64,000 bases of DNA from an uncultured bacterium (GTDB lineage: Bacteria > Actinomycetota > Acidimicrobiia > Spongiisociales > UBA5794): assembly GCA_963801165.1 (NCBI GenBank), contig CAWDDT010000005.1:320001-384000 (forward strand), read 5' to 3'. A program made the position numbers and the translations under genes. This document shows positions 1 to 10,581 of the stretch, one piece after another. Positions within the stretch are counted from its first letter, which is position 1; every line of letters begins with the position of its first letter. Below the pieces are notes generated by a model that did no database searches, was not told the origin of the DNA, and saw only the letters and a list, made by a program, of their open reading frames with translations.

Positions 1-2
1 GA

Positions 3-944
3 GCCCGCGACATCGACGTCGTCATGTTCGACAAGACCGGGACGCTGACCAGAGGAGCGATGACCCTCAGCGACGTCATAACCACCGCAGACGAGACCAC
101 CTTCTTGCGCAGGATCGGTAGCGTCGAGGCCGCCAGCGGACATCCCATCGGCATGGCTGTTGCACTTGGCGCCGAGGAACGCGGCGTCGAGCTGACCGAC
201 CCGGCCGAGGTCAACGTCGAGACCGGGTCCGGTGTTGTCGGCGAGGTCGACGGCGTCAAGGTGATCGCCGGCAAGCCCACGCTGCTGGCTGACCACGGTC
301 TCACCATTACCGATGAACTCGCTTCAGCGCTCTCCCGGCTCGAGCAGCAGGGAAAGACCACATTCATGGTCGGTTGGGAAGGTGAGGCCCGCGGCGTCGT
401 CGCGGTCGCCGACACGATCCGATCTACCTCAGCCGGGGCCATCTCGGGTCTTGCTGCGCTGGGCACACAGACCACCATGATCACCGGAGACAACCGGACC
501 ACGGCACAGGTCATCGGCGACCAGCTCGGTATCGACAACATCATCGCCGAGGTACTCCCCGGTGATAAGTCCGCCGAGGTATCCCGGGTCCAGAGCTCCG
601 GAGCGAGGGTCGCCTTTGTCGGTGACGGGATAAACGACGCCCCCGCGCTGACCCAGGCCGACCTCGGCATGGCCATCGGCAGCGGCACCGACGTCGCCAT
701 CGAAGCCGGCGACCTGGTGCTCGTCTCCGGCGACCCGGAACTCGTCCCCACCGCGCTCAAACTCGCCAGGGCAACGTTCCGGACGATCAGGCAGAACCTC
801 GGCTGGGCATTCGGCTACAACGTCGCCGCCATCCCGCTGGCCGCGTCCGGGCTGCTCAACCCGATGATCGCCGCCGCTGCTATGGCCTTCTCCAGCGTCT
901 CGGTGGTGAGCAACTCGCTGCGGCTTCGCCGCTTCGGCCGCTGA
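3..944 (+). CDS. copA: Heavy-metal (Cu-type, P1B) translocating P-type ATPase, 5'-truncated by window edge
   Basis: DKTGTLT phosphorylation motif, SGHP, GDGINDAPAL, YN..AIPLA and MAFSS transmembrane motifs. Confidence 0.85.
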   Translation, partial: ARDIDVVMFDKTGTLTRGAMTLSDVITTADETTFLRRIGSVEAASGHPIGMAVALGAEERGVELTDPAEVNVETGSGVVGEVDGVKVIAGKPTLLADHGLTITDELASALSRLEQQGKTTFMVGWEGEARGVVAVADTIRSTSAGAISGLAALGTQTTMITGDNRTTAQVIGDQLGIDNIIAEVLPGDKSAEVSRVQSSGARVAFVGDGINDAPALTQADLGMAIGSGTDVAIEAGDLVLVSGDPELVPTALKLARATFRTIRQNLGWAFGYNVAAIPLAASGLLNPMIAAAAMAFSSVSVVSNSLRLRRFGR

Positions 945-1984
945 TGATGAAGCAGACGCAACTGGGCAATAGCGATCTCACGGTGAGCGACCTGGCTCTC
1001 GGCACGATGACGTTCGGCGTGGAGACACCCGCCGCCGAGGCCATGAGGCAGCTCGAAATGTTCGTCACCGCAGGCGGCACTCTCGTCGACACCGCCGATG
1101 TGTACGGATCAGGGGCCTCCGAACAGATCATCGGCGACTGGCTCGCCCGGGGACGACCGGACGGTTTGGTGCTGGCGACCAAGGGCCGGTTTGGCCGGGG
1201 TGAAGCGGCGGGGGCCTCTCGCGTAGCCCTCCGGGCGGCCGTCCGGGCCAGCCTTGCCAGGCTCCGTATCGATACGATTGATCTGTACTACGTACATGGT
1301 TGGGACGAGAGCGTCCCGGTCGCAGAGACGGTCGGTGTGCTCGCCGAACTTGTGGACGACGGAGTCATTCGACACGTGGGATGGTCCAACACCACGGGCT
1401 GGCAGCTACAGCGCATCGTCGACGCAGCCGGTGACGGCCCGGCGCGGCCGATCGTCTTCCAGCCGCAGTACAACCTGCTGGACCGTGTCATCGAGTGGGA
1501 GATAGTCCCGGCGTGTCTCGCCAACGGTCTCGGTATCGCTCCGTGGTCACCGCTGGGCGGCGGCTGGCTGACGGGAAAGTACAGCCGCACCGAACGCCCC
1601 ACCGGCGCAACCCGCCTGGGGGACAACCCGGCTCGCGGTGTGGAAGCCTACGACGGTCGCAACGTCGACCGGACCTGGCGAATCCTCGACGTGGTGACCG
1701 ACATCGCCCGCGCCCACGACGCCTTGCCCGGCCATGTGGCGATCGCCTGGCTGCTCTCGAGACCACACGTGACCTCGGTACTGCTCGGAGCCAGGACCGT
1801 CGCCCAGCTCGAGCAGAACCTCGAGAGCAGCGACATGGCGCTGACGGACGGCGAGATCGAACGTCTCACCAGCGTCTCGGCACCCGGTCTGCCGCAGTAC
1901 CCCTATGGCATGATCGAACGGTTCAGCGGCATCAGCCTGTGGCGGGAGATGGGCACGACCACATCACCCCCGACCGGGAGTTGA
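944..1984 (+). CDS. Aldo/keto reductase
   Basis: LGTMTFG, DTADVYG, LATK, IDLYYVH, WSPLGGGWLTGKY motifs; start overlaps ATPase stop. Confidence 0.9.
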   Translation: MMKQTQLGNSDLTVSDLALGTMTFGVETPAAEAMRQLEMFVTAGGTLVDTADVYGSGASEQIIGDWLARGRPDGLVLATKGRFGRGEAAGASRVALRAAVRASLARLRIDTIDLYYVHGWDESVPVAETVGVLAELVDDGVIRHVGWSNTTGWQLQRIVDAAGDGPARPIVFQPQYNLLDRVIEWEIVPACLANGLGIAPWSPLGGGWLTGKYSRTERPTGATRLGDNPARGVEAYDGRNVDRTWRILDVVTDIARAHDALPGHVAIAWLLSRPHVTSVLLGARTVAQLEQNLESSDMALTDGEIERLTSVSAPGLPQYPYGMIERFSGISLWREMGTTTSPPTGS

Positions 1985-2063
1985 CCCGGTCTGTCGAGAA
2001 CGTCGTGCTGTGTGGAGCCTGCCTGAGACAGGTGTGCTGCGGGCGACCTACTACCGTTGCGGT

Positions 2064-2570
2064 ATGTCTTCTCTCTCTGACCGCCGCCGGGAACGTCTCA
2101 TCCAGCAACTCGACGGAGATTCGCGACTCGGTAAGACCAAGGTGCTTTCGGCCGTTCCGATGATCCGCGGCAGCTTTGTCATGCTGGTGATGTCGGGAGT
2201 CGTCGCCGCGATTGTTGCTCAGGTTGTGTTCGGCAACGGCGGCCTCCAGTTCGGGATCGGTCTCTTTGTGGGCTACGCCGCATACATCACGTATCTGCTG
2301 ATCACCATGGGAGCACCGCGAGTGATCGGGGCGATGGCGGTGCTCACCAAGAACAAGCTGGTGCTCCTGGGAACGCGTCGAGTCGGGGTCGTCGCCGAGT
2401 GGCAGCGCAAGGACATCGACGACATAGACGTGCTCCGCAACGGCAATATGCTCGTCATGGGCAAGATCCGGATCCGCCCCAGCGGTGAGGACGGCATGGT
2501 CTTCTACCTCTCGAACCGCGACCTCGGCCGGCACTTCGTCGATACGTACCGCGAGGGGCGCCGGAGCTGA
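2064..2570 (+). CDS. Hypothetical 2-TM protein with beta-rich (PH-like) C-terminus
   Basis: Two hydrophobic segments then AVLTKNKLVLL; TACCGT -10 lies 6 nt before ATG 2064. Confidence 0.65.
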   Translation: MSSLSDRRRERLIQQLDGDSRLGKTKVLSAVPMIRGSFVMLVMSGVVAAIVAQVVFGNGGLQFGIGLFVGYAAYITYLLITMGAPRVIGAMAVLTKNKLVLLGTRRVGVVAEWQRKDIDDIDVLRNGNMLVMGKIRIRPSGEDGMVFYLSNRDLGRHFVDTYREGRRS

Positions 2571-2572
2571 CT

Positions 2573-3073
2573 GTGGAGCGGCTGCTGCGCAGAGCCAGAA
2601 GGTTCTACGGGCCCCATCTCCGCTCCGACGAGCAAATCGAGGACGTGGTAGTTGGGTACGCCACGGGCATCGCGACCCACGTTGTCCAGGGCATGATCTT
2701 CGGTGGGTTTGTCGGCTGGTTCTCCGCCATCTTTCTCGACGCCGCACCACTTCCCATGATCGTGCTGGGTGGATGCGTCAGTATCGTCGCCGGATTCTTC
2801 ATCTCCGAACGGGCGGCAGGGACGGGCGCGACCGACTTCCTGGTGGCTCTCACCAACACCCGGCTATTGATTGCAAGGCGAAGCCTCTCCGGACGTCTGA
2901 GGATCCTGCGCTCCTGCGAGATCACCGCGATCCGGGAGGCGACCACGCACCGCTACCCGATCGGGCATCTGTGCCGACAGCTGATTGTCATGAGCGACGG
3001 CACCACCGTCGAATTCGCCGCGATGCGGGAGCTCCGGCTCGAACCTGTAAACAGAGGCCCAACTTCGGGGTAG
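2573..3073 (+). CDS. Hypothetical 2-TM protein, PH-like, similar layout to upstream gene
   Basis: Two TM segments then LVALTNTRLLI; starts 2 nt after upstream stop. Confidence 0.6.
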   Translation: MERLLRRARRFYGPHLRSDEQIEDVVVGYATGIATHVVQGMIFGGFVGWFSAIFLDAAPLPMIVLGGCVSIVAGFFISERAAGTGATDFLVALTNTRLLIARRSLSGRLRILRSCEITAIREATTHRYPIGHLCRQLIVMSDGTTVEFAAMRELRLEPVNRGPTSG

Positions 3074-3082
3074 ATTGAAACT

Positions 3083-3931
3083 ATGGACGCGATCCACCGT
3101 TTCTCGAAACCGATGCTGCGGCGGCCCCGCGCCATCATCGCGTTCGAGGGTTGGGGGGACGCCTGTGAAGCTGCCTCAGGAGCCGCGACCTACCTGATGG
3201 GGGCGCTCGATGCGGACGAGCCATTTGCCGTCATCGAGCCTGAGGAGTTCTTTGACTTTCAGGCGCACCGGCCCACGGTGTCGATCGACGAGGGGGAAAC
3301 CAGACGCTTGGTGTGGCCGGCCACGCTGTTTCACCGGGTGTTGCTCCCGGCAGACGACCAGGACCTCATCATCGTTGCAGGCGACGAGCCCTCCTACCGC
3401 TGGAAGACCTTTGCCAGGCATGTGACCCAGGTGCTGTGTGAGAGCGACGTTGAGCAGGTTGTGCTGCTCGGAGCGTTCATCGGGCAAGTAGCACACACGC
3501 AGACCGTCCCGGTGATCGGGGTCGCCACCGACCCGGCGTTGGTGGTTCGCAACGGGCTGATGCCATCCGAGTACGAGGGACCGACCGGAATCCTCAGCGT
3601 CGTGCTCGAGGCCTGTCGCGAGGCCGGTATCCAGGCGCTGGCGCTGTGGGCGGCGACACCGCACTACCTCGCCGCCAACCCCAATCCGAAGGCGATGCTG
3701 GCGCTCGCCAGACGTGCCGCATCGATTCTCGGGTTCGAAGTCGACCTGACCGAGCTGGAGATGGTCACAGATGAGTACCTGGGCAGGGTCAACTCGGCCC
3801 TCGCCTCATCGGACGAGTTCTCCACGTACGTCTCCGAGCTGGAGCACGCCGACGGGACCCTCGACGGGATCGACCCGGACCAGACTGCGGGGCTCCTCAG
3901 CGAGATCGAGGACTACCTCCGGCGCGGCTGA
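3083..3931 (+). CDS. PAC2 (proteasome assembly chaperone) family protein
   Basis: AFEGWGDACEAAS, FFDFQAHRP, EPSYRW, YEGPTGI, WAATPHY motifs. Confidence 0.85.
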   Translation: MDAIHRFSKPMLRRPRAIIAFEGWGDACEAASGAATYLMGALDADEPFAVIEPEEFFDFQAHRPTVSIDEGETRRLVWPATLFHRVLLPADDQDLIIVAGDEPSYRWKTFARHVTQVLCESDVEQVVLLGAFIGQVAHTQTVPVIGVATDPALVVRNGLMPSEYEGPTGILSVVLEACREAGIQALALWAATPHYLAANPNPKAMLALARRAASILGFEVDLTELEMVTDEYLGRVNSALASSDEFSTYVSELEHADGTLDGIDPDQTAGLLSEIEDYLRRG

Positions 3932-4089
3932 GCGGCCTTCCTCAGGCCCTCCTGAGCGCGAAAACCGGGCACCGGCGATATGCAAAAAGCACGTCCAGCC
4001 GTTAGCCTCCAGCTATAGAGAGAGGCGACGACGTGGGGGTGCCACGGTGCGTCGCCAATTTTTCCAGACTACAAGTGGGAGAGAATCAC

Positions 4090-5124
4090 ATGCGCAAGCA
4101 GCTAGCAGTGCTGTTCAGCGTCGTGTTGGCTTTTGCTCTGATCACCACCGCCTGTGGCGGCGATGATTCGGGTGGAGGCGCAGACGTAAACGTCGGTATG
4201 GTCTTCGATATCGGAGGCCGCGGCGACCAGTCGTTCAACGATGCCGCAGCCGCCGGGTTCGACAAGGCTGTCACGGATTTCGGTATCGGGCATTCCGAGG
4301 CATCTGCAAACCAGGACGGCTCCAACCGTGAGGAGCTGCTCAACCTGCAGGCCGACCAGTCCGACCTGGTGATCGGTGTCGGGTTCCTGTTCGCAGAACC
4401 GATGACGAACGCAGCAACCGCAAACCCTGACGTCAACTTCGCCATCGTCGACGACGAGTCGATCGACCTGCCCAACGTGGCCGGTCTGGTGTTCTCCGAA
4501 GAGCAGGGCTCATTCCTCGTCGGCGCGGCGGCGGCGTTGAAGAGCACGAGCGGTCACATCGGGTTCATCGGTGGCGTCAACATGGAGTTGATCCAGAAGT
4601 TCGAGGCCGGCTATGTCGCCGGTGCCCGGGCGGTCAACCCCGACATCGTGATCGATCGTCAGTACATCAGCGAGCCGCCGGACTTCGCCGGCTTCAACGA
4701 CCCGGCGTCGGGCAAGGTCATCGCCCAGTCGATGTTCCAGAGCGGTGCCGACATCGTCTATCACGCCGCCGGCGGATCGGGTGCTGGTCTGTTCCAGGCC
4801 GCCAAGGAATACTCCGACGCTAACGGAACCAAGGTCTGGGCGATTGGCGTCGACTCCGATCAGTACCTCACTGCGGGTACCGACGTGCAGGATTACATCC
4901 TCACTTCGATGCTCAAGCGAGTCGATGTCGCGGTCTACAACACCATTCAGGCTCAGGTCGACGGCAAGTTCACCGCAGGCTCGAACCGATTCGACCTGGC
5001 GGTCGACGGTGTCGGCTACTCCACCAGCGGTGGGTTCATCGATGACATCAAGAGCCAACTCGAGGACTACAAGGCGAAGATCATTTCTGGGGAGATCGTG
5101 GTCCCGACCACGCCCGCCCCGTAA
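4090..5124 (+). CDS. BMP-family ABC substrate-binding lipoprotein (nucleoside/purine type)
   Basis: Lipobox ITTAC, GGRGDQSFND, AIGVDSDQ, SMLKRVD; RBS GGGAGA before ATG 4090. Confidence 0.9.
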   Translation: MRKQLAVLFSVVLAFALITTACGGDDSGGGADVNVGMVFDIGGRGDQSFNDAAAAGFDKAVTDFGIGHSEASANQDGSNREELLNLQADQSDLVIGVGFLFAEPMTNAATANPDVNFAIVDDESIDLPNVAGLVFSEEQGSFLVGAAAALKSTSGHIGFIGGVNMELIQKFEAGYVAGARAVNPDIVIDRQYISEPPDFAGFNDPASGKVIAQSMFQSGADIVYHAAGGSGAGLFQAAKEYSDANGTKVWAIGVDSDQYLTAGTDVQDYILTSMLKRVDVAVYNTIQAQVDGKFTAGSNRFDLAVDGVGYSTSGGFIDDIKSQLEDYKAKIISGEIVVPTTPAP

Positions 5125-5154
5125 CCAGGGTCTTCATAGACAGAATCGAAACCT

Positions 5155-5193
5155 GTGTGGGATCGGACTAATGTCCGGTCCCACACCTTTTTT
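5155..5193 (+). terminator. Stem-loop/intrinsic terminator after binding-protein gene
   Basis: GTGTGGGATCGGAC-TAAT-GTCCGGTCCCACAC followed by CTTTTTT. Confidence 0.75.
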
Positions 5194-5211
5194 CTGTTGT
5201 AAGGCGGGCGA

Positions 5212-6738
5212 ATGGCATCGGCAGTCCTACTCGAGGGGATCACCAAGCGGTTCCCCGGGGTGATCGCCAACGATGGGGTGAACCTGGCTGTAGCCGAAGG
5301 TGAGATCCACGCCATCTGCGGGGAAAACGGCGCAGGCAAGTCCACGCTGATGAAGATCCTCTACGGCATGCAACCGGCCGATGAGGGCCGGATGGAGGTG
5401 AACGGCCGGGAGGTGGCCTTCTCCTCCCCAAAGGAAGCCATCGACCTCGGCATCGGGATGGTCCACCAGCACTTCATGCTCGCCGACAACCTCACGGTCT
5501 TGGAGAACGTCATACTCGGCGACGAACCGACCAACCGTGGGGTGATCGACTTCGACGAAGCACGCCGCCACATCGTCGAGGTCGGCGAGAGCTACGGGCT
5601 GACCATCGACCCCGACGATCTCGTCGAGACCCTGGAAGTCGGTGAGCGACAGCGGGTCGAGATCATCAAGGTTCTGTTCCGCGGGGCGAAGATCCTCATC
5701 CTCGACGAGCCGACCGCAGTCCTCGTACCCCAGGAAGTCGAGGAGCTGTTCCGCAACATGCGAGAGCTGAAGGCGGAAGGGCACACCATCCTGTTCATCG
5801 ACCACAAGCTCGACGAGGTACTCGAGATCGCAGACACCATCACCGTGCTGCGCGCCGGCAAGACCGTCGACACGGTGAAGCCCGATCAGGTCACCGCCCG
5901 CGACCTGGCCGAGCTCATGGTTGGTTCCGAGTTGCCGACGCCGGAGACGCGGGAATCAACCGTCACCAGCCACGTCGCTCTCGAAGTGCGAGATCTGGCA
6001 GCAGACGACGACGCCGGCAGCCCCAAGCTGCGCGGGATCAGTCTGAAAGTCCACAAGGGCGAGATCCTCGGGGTCGCCGGAGTGGAGGGCAACGGTCAGA
6101 GCGAGATGGTCGAGGCGGTCCTCGGGATGCGATCGGTCACGCACGGGTCGGTGCTGCTCGAAGGTGAGGACATGGCGAACTGGAATGTCCGCAAACGTCG
6201 TGAGGCCGGAATCGGCTATATCCCCGAAGACCGTACCCGGCGAGGTCTGCTGGCAGGATTCCCGCTCTGGGAAAACGACATGCTCGGGCATCAGAGTATG
6301 GAGCCGTTTGTCCGCAACGGATTCTGGATCACCAAAGATCTGGCGAGGGAGCACACCAAAAAGGTCGTGGAGCAGTTCGACGTCCGCACCCCCAGCGTCG
6401 ATGTCGCCGCCCACGCCCTGTCCGGTGGGAATCAGCAGAAACTGATCGTTGGCAAGGAGATGTCGGCGAATCTGGTGGCTCTCGTGGCCGCCCACCCGAC
6501 CCGGGGCATCGACGTCGGCGCCCAGGCGGCGGTGTGGGAGGAGCTGCGTCACGCGCGCGCTTTGGGCCTCGCCGTCATCCTGATCTCAGCCGATCTGGAG
6601 GAGCTGATCGGGTTGTCCGATCGGCTGGTGGTGATGCTCCGCGGCAACATCGTCGCTGAGCTCGACCCCGCCACGGTGACGCCGCGCGATCTTGGGGCGT
6701 ACATGACAGGGGCGTCGACCCAGGGAGCCGCCGAATGA
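5212..6738 (+). CDS. ABC transporter ATP-binding protein (tandem NBD, nucleoside/sugar type)
   Basis: GENGAGKST, LILDEPT, LSGGNQQK, PTRGIDVG. Confidence 0.92.
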   Translation: MASAVLLEGITKRFPGVIANDGVNLAVAEGEIHAICGENGAGKSTLMKILYGMQPADEGRMEVNGREVAFSSPKEAIDLGIGMVHQHFMLADNLTVLENVILGDEPTNRGVIDFDEARRHIVEVGESYGLTIDPDDLVETLEVGERQRVEIIKVLFRGAKILILDEPTAVLVPQEVEELFRNMRELKAEGHTILFIDHKLDEVLEIADTITVLRAGKTVDTVKPDQVTARDLAELMVGSELPTPETRESTVTSHVALEVRDLAADDDAGSPKLRGISLKVHKGEILGVAGVEGNGQSEMVEAVLGMRSVTHGSVLLEGEDMANWNVRKRREAGIGYIPEDRTRRGLLAGFPLWENDMLGHQSMEPFVRNGFWITKDLAREHTKKVVEQFDVRTPSVDVAAHALSGGNQQKLIVGKEMSANLVALVAAHPTRGIDVGAQAAVWEELRHARALGLAVILISADLEELIGLSDRLVVMLRGNIVAELDPATVTPRDLGAYMTGASTQGAAE

Positions 6739-7865
6739 GAAGGAAGATCTTCTACGTCATGGCTGCCCCGGTCGCCGCAGTCGTAGTGGCGGTCGTCATC
6801 TCCTCGATCGTGCTGCTCGTTGCCGGCGCCAACCCGCTCAGCGCATACGGCAACATGTGGGAGTACGGGACCAGGCTCGAAACCCTCATCGAGACACTCA
6901 ACCGCGCGACTCCGTACTATCTCTCTGGCATCGCTGTTGCGATCGGGTTCCGGATGAACCTGTTCAACATCGGGGTCGAAGGCCAGTACATCCTGGCAGG
7001 AATCGTCGCCGCCAAGGTCGGGGCTTCGATTGATCTGCCGCCGGTGCTCCATGTCACGGTGATCGTCGTGACCGCCATGGCGGTTGGGGCGTTCTGGTCG
7101 GGGTTGGCCGGCTTTCTCAAGGTGACCCGCAACGTCCACGAGGTCATCTCAACCATCATGCTCAACGCCATTGCCGTCGCCGGCATAGTGTCCTACTTGC
7201 TCAGCGTCTGGGACATACCCGACCCGGGTCTCGACACGGCACTCCCCGAGATCCCGAAGAGCGGATGGATGCCGTCGCTCAACCGTTTCGTTGAGCTTTT
7301 CACCCGGGACATCAAGCGGGTCGACCTGTGGGGCTTCATCCTCGTTGCGATCGTTGTCGGCGTTGCCTATCACATCTTGCTCAACCGCACCCGTATCGGA
7401 TACGACCTGCGCGCCTCGGGAGAGAACGCCACCGCAGCACAGGCCGGCGGGGTCGACCCCAAGAGGATGGTCATGACCGCCATGATCGCCGGTGGCGCCG
7501 TCGCCGGACTCGTCGGTCTCCCTGAGTTGCTCGGCAGCTCCCACGCCTACAACCTGCGGTTCACACAGGGTCTCGGATTCGCCGGGATCGCGGTCGCATT
7601 GCTCGGTCGTAACCATGCGGTTGGCGTCGCCATCGGCGCCTTCGTCTTTGCCTGGCTCGACCGAGCATCCGGGGTGTTGGAGGTCCGCGGTGACGCCCCG
7701 CGCGAAATCGTCGCCATCATGCAGGGTGTGATCATCCTGGCGGCCGTTGTCGCCTATGCAGTTGTCGAACGTAAGCGTCGTGCCGAGGAGGCGAGCGCTG
7801 CGGCTGAGGCGACCGCGGCAGCACTTGCCGCCAAGGAGGAGGCCGCAATGGGAGGTGCGACGTGA
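6735..7865 (+). CDS. ABC transporter permease (nucleoside type)
   Basis: LFNIGVEGQ, EVISTIMLN, GIAVALLG; ATGA overlap. Confidence 0.9.
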   Translation: MRRKIFYVMAAPVAAVVVAVVISSIVLLVAGANPLSAYGNMWEYGTRLETLIETLNRATPYYLSGIAVAIGFRMNLFNIGVEGQYILAGIVAAKVGASIDLPPVLHVTVIVVTAMAVGAFWSGLAGFLKVTRNVHEVISTIMLNAIAVAGIVSYLLSVWDIPDPGLDTALPEIPKSGWMPSLNRFVELFTRDIKRVDLWGFILVAIVVGVAYHILLNRTRIGYDLRASGENATAAQAGGVDPKRMVMTAMIAGGAVAGLVGLPELLGSSHAYNLRFTQGLGFAGIAVALLGRNHAVGVAIGAFVFAWLDRASGVLEVRGDAPREIVAIMQGVIILAAVVAYAVVERKRRAEEASAAAEATAAALAAKEEAAMGGAT

Positions 7866-9178
7866 GCGACCGTAACCCCGTGCTCCCCGATCTCACCGGC
7901 GCGTACCGCCGTGTGGTTGGTACCCCTGGCAATGGCAACGGCGCTCCCCGGTGGCGCATCTGGGTGCTCGGCGCCTTCGGCATCGTGATGATGCTGTCGA
8001 TCACACAGCAGCTCGCCAAGCTCCCGACATCCGACCTCACTTCCAGCGGCACCTGGTCGATCGCCCTTGGCTGGTCGGTGCCGATCCTCATGGCCGGTCT
8101 GTGCGGCATCTTCTCCGAGCGTACCGGGATCGTCAACATCGGGCTCGAGGGTATGTTGGTGCTCGGCACCTGGTTCGGCGCTTTCGGTACTCTGGTAGGG
8201 GGACCCTGGTGGGGGATGGTCCTTGCCGCAATCGCCGGGGCGTTCGGAGGTCTGCTTCTTGCCCTGGCAACCGTGACGTTCAACGTCGATCACATCATCG
8301 CCGGTGTCGCTATCAACATCATGGCGCCCGGTCTCGCCCGTTTCCTTTCGAGCATCAACTTCCCTGATCGGGGCGGCTCGATCACCCAGTCGCCCACGAT
8401 CGTGGGTGTGAGTAGCTTCAGTGTTCCGGTGCTGGCGGGCGGCACCATCTTTGGCTGGCAAAGCCCTGATGTGCTCGGTCGCATCGAGCGCTGGAATTGG
8501 TTCTTTGTCTCCGACCTGGCCGGGATCCTGCGTGGAATGGTCTCCAATATGTCATGGCTCACCTTCATCGCCATCCTGATCGTCCCCGCAGCCACCTACC
8601 TGCTGTGGAAGACCCGGTTTGGTCTCCGACTACGGAGCTGCGGCGAGAACCCGCACGCCGCCGACTCCCTGGGCGTCAACGTCATCAAGTACAAGTTCCT
8701 CGGTGTGACCATCGGTGGCGCCCTCGCCGGCTTTGGCGGTGGCTTCCTCGCTGTCCAACTCTCCGGCCTCTACCGCGAAGGCCAGACTCTGGGCAAGGGC
8801 TTCATCGGTTTGGCGACGATGATCTTTGGCAACTGGCGCCCCGTGGGAACCGCGCTCGGCGGTCTCCTCTTCGGCTTTGCCGACTCGCTGCGGCTGCGTG
8901 ACCCCCACGCCGTCCATGGTCTGCTGCTGCTCGTGACTCTCGGGTTAGCGATCCTGCTGCTGCGGGCGCTCTACCGGCGCCGGTTCCAGGTCAGCGCCTG
9001 GCTCGCAGGCACGGCCGCGGTGATTCTCACCATCTACCTGAGCACCAACTCGGTCCCCAACCAGCTGCCCAAGATCACACCACACATCGCTGTGCTCGTG
9101 CTGCTGATCTTCGCCAGCCAGCGCCTCCGCATGCCGGCCGCCGACGGCCAGCCTTATCGCAAAGGGGAAGACGCCTGA
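7862..9178 (+). CDS. ABC transporter permease (nucleoside type)
   Basis: SERTGIVNIGLEG, GLRLRSCGENP, IFGNWRP; GTGA overlap. Confidence 0.9.
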   Translation: MSDRNPVLPDLTGAYRRVVGTPGNGNGAPRWRIWVLGAFGIVMMLSITQQLAKLPTSDLTSSGTWSIALGWSVPILMAGLCGIFSERTGIVNIGLEGMLVLGTWFGAFGTLVGGPWWGMVLAAIAGAFGGLLLALATVTFNVDHIIAGVAINIMAPGLARFLSSINFPDRGGSITQSPTIVGVSSFSVPVLAGGTIFGWQSPDVLGRIERWNWFFVSDLAGILRGMVSNMSWLTFIAILIVPAATYLLWKTRFGLRLRSCGENPHAADSLGVNVIKYKFLGVTIGGALAGFGGGFLAVQLSGLYREGQTLGKGFIGLATMIFGNWRPVGTALGGLLFGFADSLRLRDPHAVHGLLLLVTLGLAILLLRALYRRRFQVSAWLAGTAAVILTIYLSTNSVPNQLPKITPHIAVLVLLIFASQRLRMPAADGQPYRKGEDA

Positions 9179-9179
9179 C

Positions 9180-9288
9180 CGCCTTCGGAGGTCAGGTTTG
9201 AGTTCGGCCCATGGCCGAACTCAGCCACGGATCGGACTCTTCGCCTTCGGCGGTCAGGTTTGAGTTCGGTCTACGACCGAACTCAGCC
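9180..9288 (+). repeat. Two tandem copies of a 47-bp REP-like palindrome (family A)
   Basis: CGCCTTCGG(A/C)GGTCAGGTT-TGAGTTCGG(C/T)C-nnn-G(G/A)CCGAACTCA-GCC at 9180-9226 and 9242-9288. Confidence 0.85.
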
Positions 9289-9322
9289 GCGAGGACGTTT
9301 GGGTCAACTGGTTCGATCTCTC

Positions 9323-10513
9323 CTACAAACGGCTACCACTTGGTGACGGCTCGTGATGAGCCCGGGCCCACCCGCCGACGACGGCCACCGCGGCAATTGC
9401 AGCGACCGCCGACAACAGCCACATGAGGTCGTACGAGCCCGTCCGGTCGATGAGAGCACCAAAGATGGCGGGTCCAATACCGAGTCCGCCGAGGAAGCCG
9501 AGCAACACATAACCCGACGCTTTCCCGGTGGATTCGAGACCGGTCTCCACCATCACCGCCAACATCCCAACCGAGATCCACGAGTTGGACCCGGCGGCTA
9601 CCAGTACCGCGGCCGGCCACAGCAGCCAGGCGGCGAACTCACGCGCCCCATAGAACAAACCGGCCGCGATCACCGACAGCAGGCCCATCACCACCAGGGA
9701 CGTACGGAAGGCATCCGTGCGCTCGGCGTACCGACTCCACAGGATCCGGCCGAAGACAGCGACGAAGGCGATGGTCGCCGCGGCGAACCCGCCCGCTACC
9801 GGGCCCCGCCCGAGCGCTTCTTCGGTGAACAGCGGCACCAGAAAGGTGATGGAGCTGGAGAACCCCATCAAGAACCCGTATGCGGTCAGCCACCAGATCG
9901 CCGCAGGCAGGGCCGACGGCCCGGCGGCGCGCACCTCGGCTTCTTCGGTGCTCGCCCGGGGCGGAATGAGTCTTGTGATCGCCACGGCCAGCAGCAACGG
10001 TGCCACAGCAACTATGAGGTAGGCGACCCGCCACCCAAGCGCGATCGCCAGAGAAGGGATGGTCGCCCCACCGAGAAAGATGCCGGCCTGGACGCCCGAC
10101 TGCTTGACGCCGGTGATCACGCCCCTGCGGCCGAGGGGTACGACCTCGGCGATCAGCTTGTTGGTCGCGGGGTTCCCCGAGGCCTGTGAGAAGGCTCCCC
10201 CGATCGCTGCGAGCAGCAGCATGGGATAGGCAAACGCGGTGCCGAGCAACACGTAGGTGACCGAGGCAGTGGCAAAGAGCACCACTAGTGCTGCTCTCCC
10301 CCCGATCCGATCGGTGACTCGACCGGCGATCGGCGACAGCAACGCCGACGCGACGTTGACCACGGCAACGACTATGCCCAATTGGGTGCGGCTGATGCCG
10401 AGGTCGTCGATGATGAACGAGGCGAGGATGCCAAGCGAGGCCGCGGTGAACGTCGCCATCGCCATGGCGGTGAGCATCAACGAGCTGAACAGGATGCGGC
10501 GGTCGCCCCGCAT
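9323..10513 (-). CDS. MFS transporter
   Basis: About 12 TM segments, motif A GRVTDRIGGR; RBS GGAGGGG. Confidence 0.85.
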   Translation of the reverse strand: MRGDRRILFSSLMLTAMAMATFTAASLGILASFIIDDLGISRTQLGIVVAVVNVASALLSPIAGRVTDRIGGRAALVVLFATASVTYVLLGTAFAYPMLLLAAIGGAFSQASGNPATNKLIAEVVPLGRRGVITGVKQSGVQAGIFLGGATIPSLAIALGWRVAYLIVAVAPLLLAVAITRLIPPRASTEEAEVRAAGPSALPAAIWWLTAYGFLMGFSSSITFLVPLFTEEALGRGPVAGGFAAATIAFVAVFGRILWSRYAERTDAFRTSLVVMGLLSVIAAGLFYGAREFAAWLLWPAAVLVAAGSNSWISVGMLAVMVETGLESTGKASGYVLLGFLGGLGIGPAIFGALIDRTGSYDLMWLLSAVAAIAAVAVVGGWARAHHEPSPSGSRL

Positions 10514-10581
10514 TGTCCCCTCCGAACCGAGGTCGGCCTCACACTACGGGATGCCGAGCGCCGCGACGTCCGGTCCGGAAG

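Noticed and set aside
9180-9288. Palindromic direct repeats as a CRISPR array
   Set aside because: Only two tandem copies with a 15-bp gap, varying loops, dispersed inverted copies elsewhere and no cas genes
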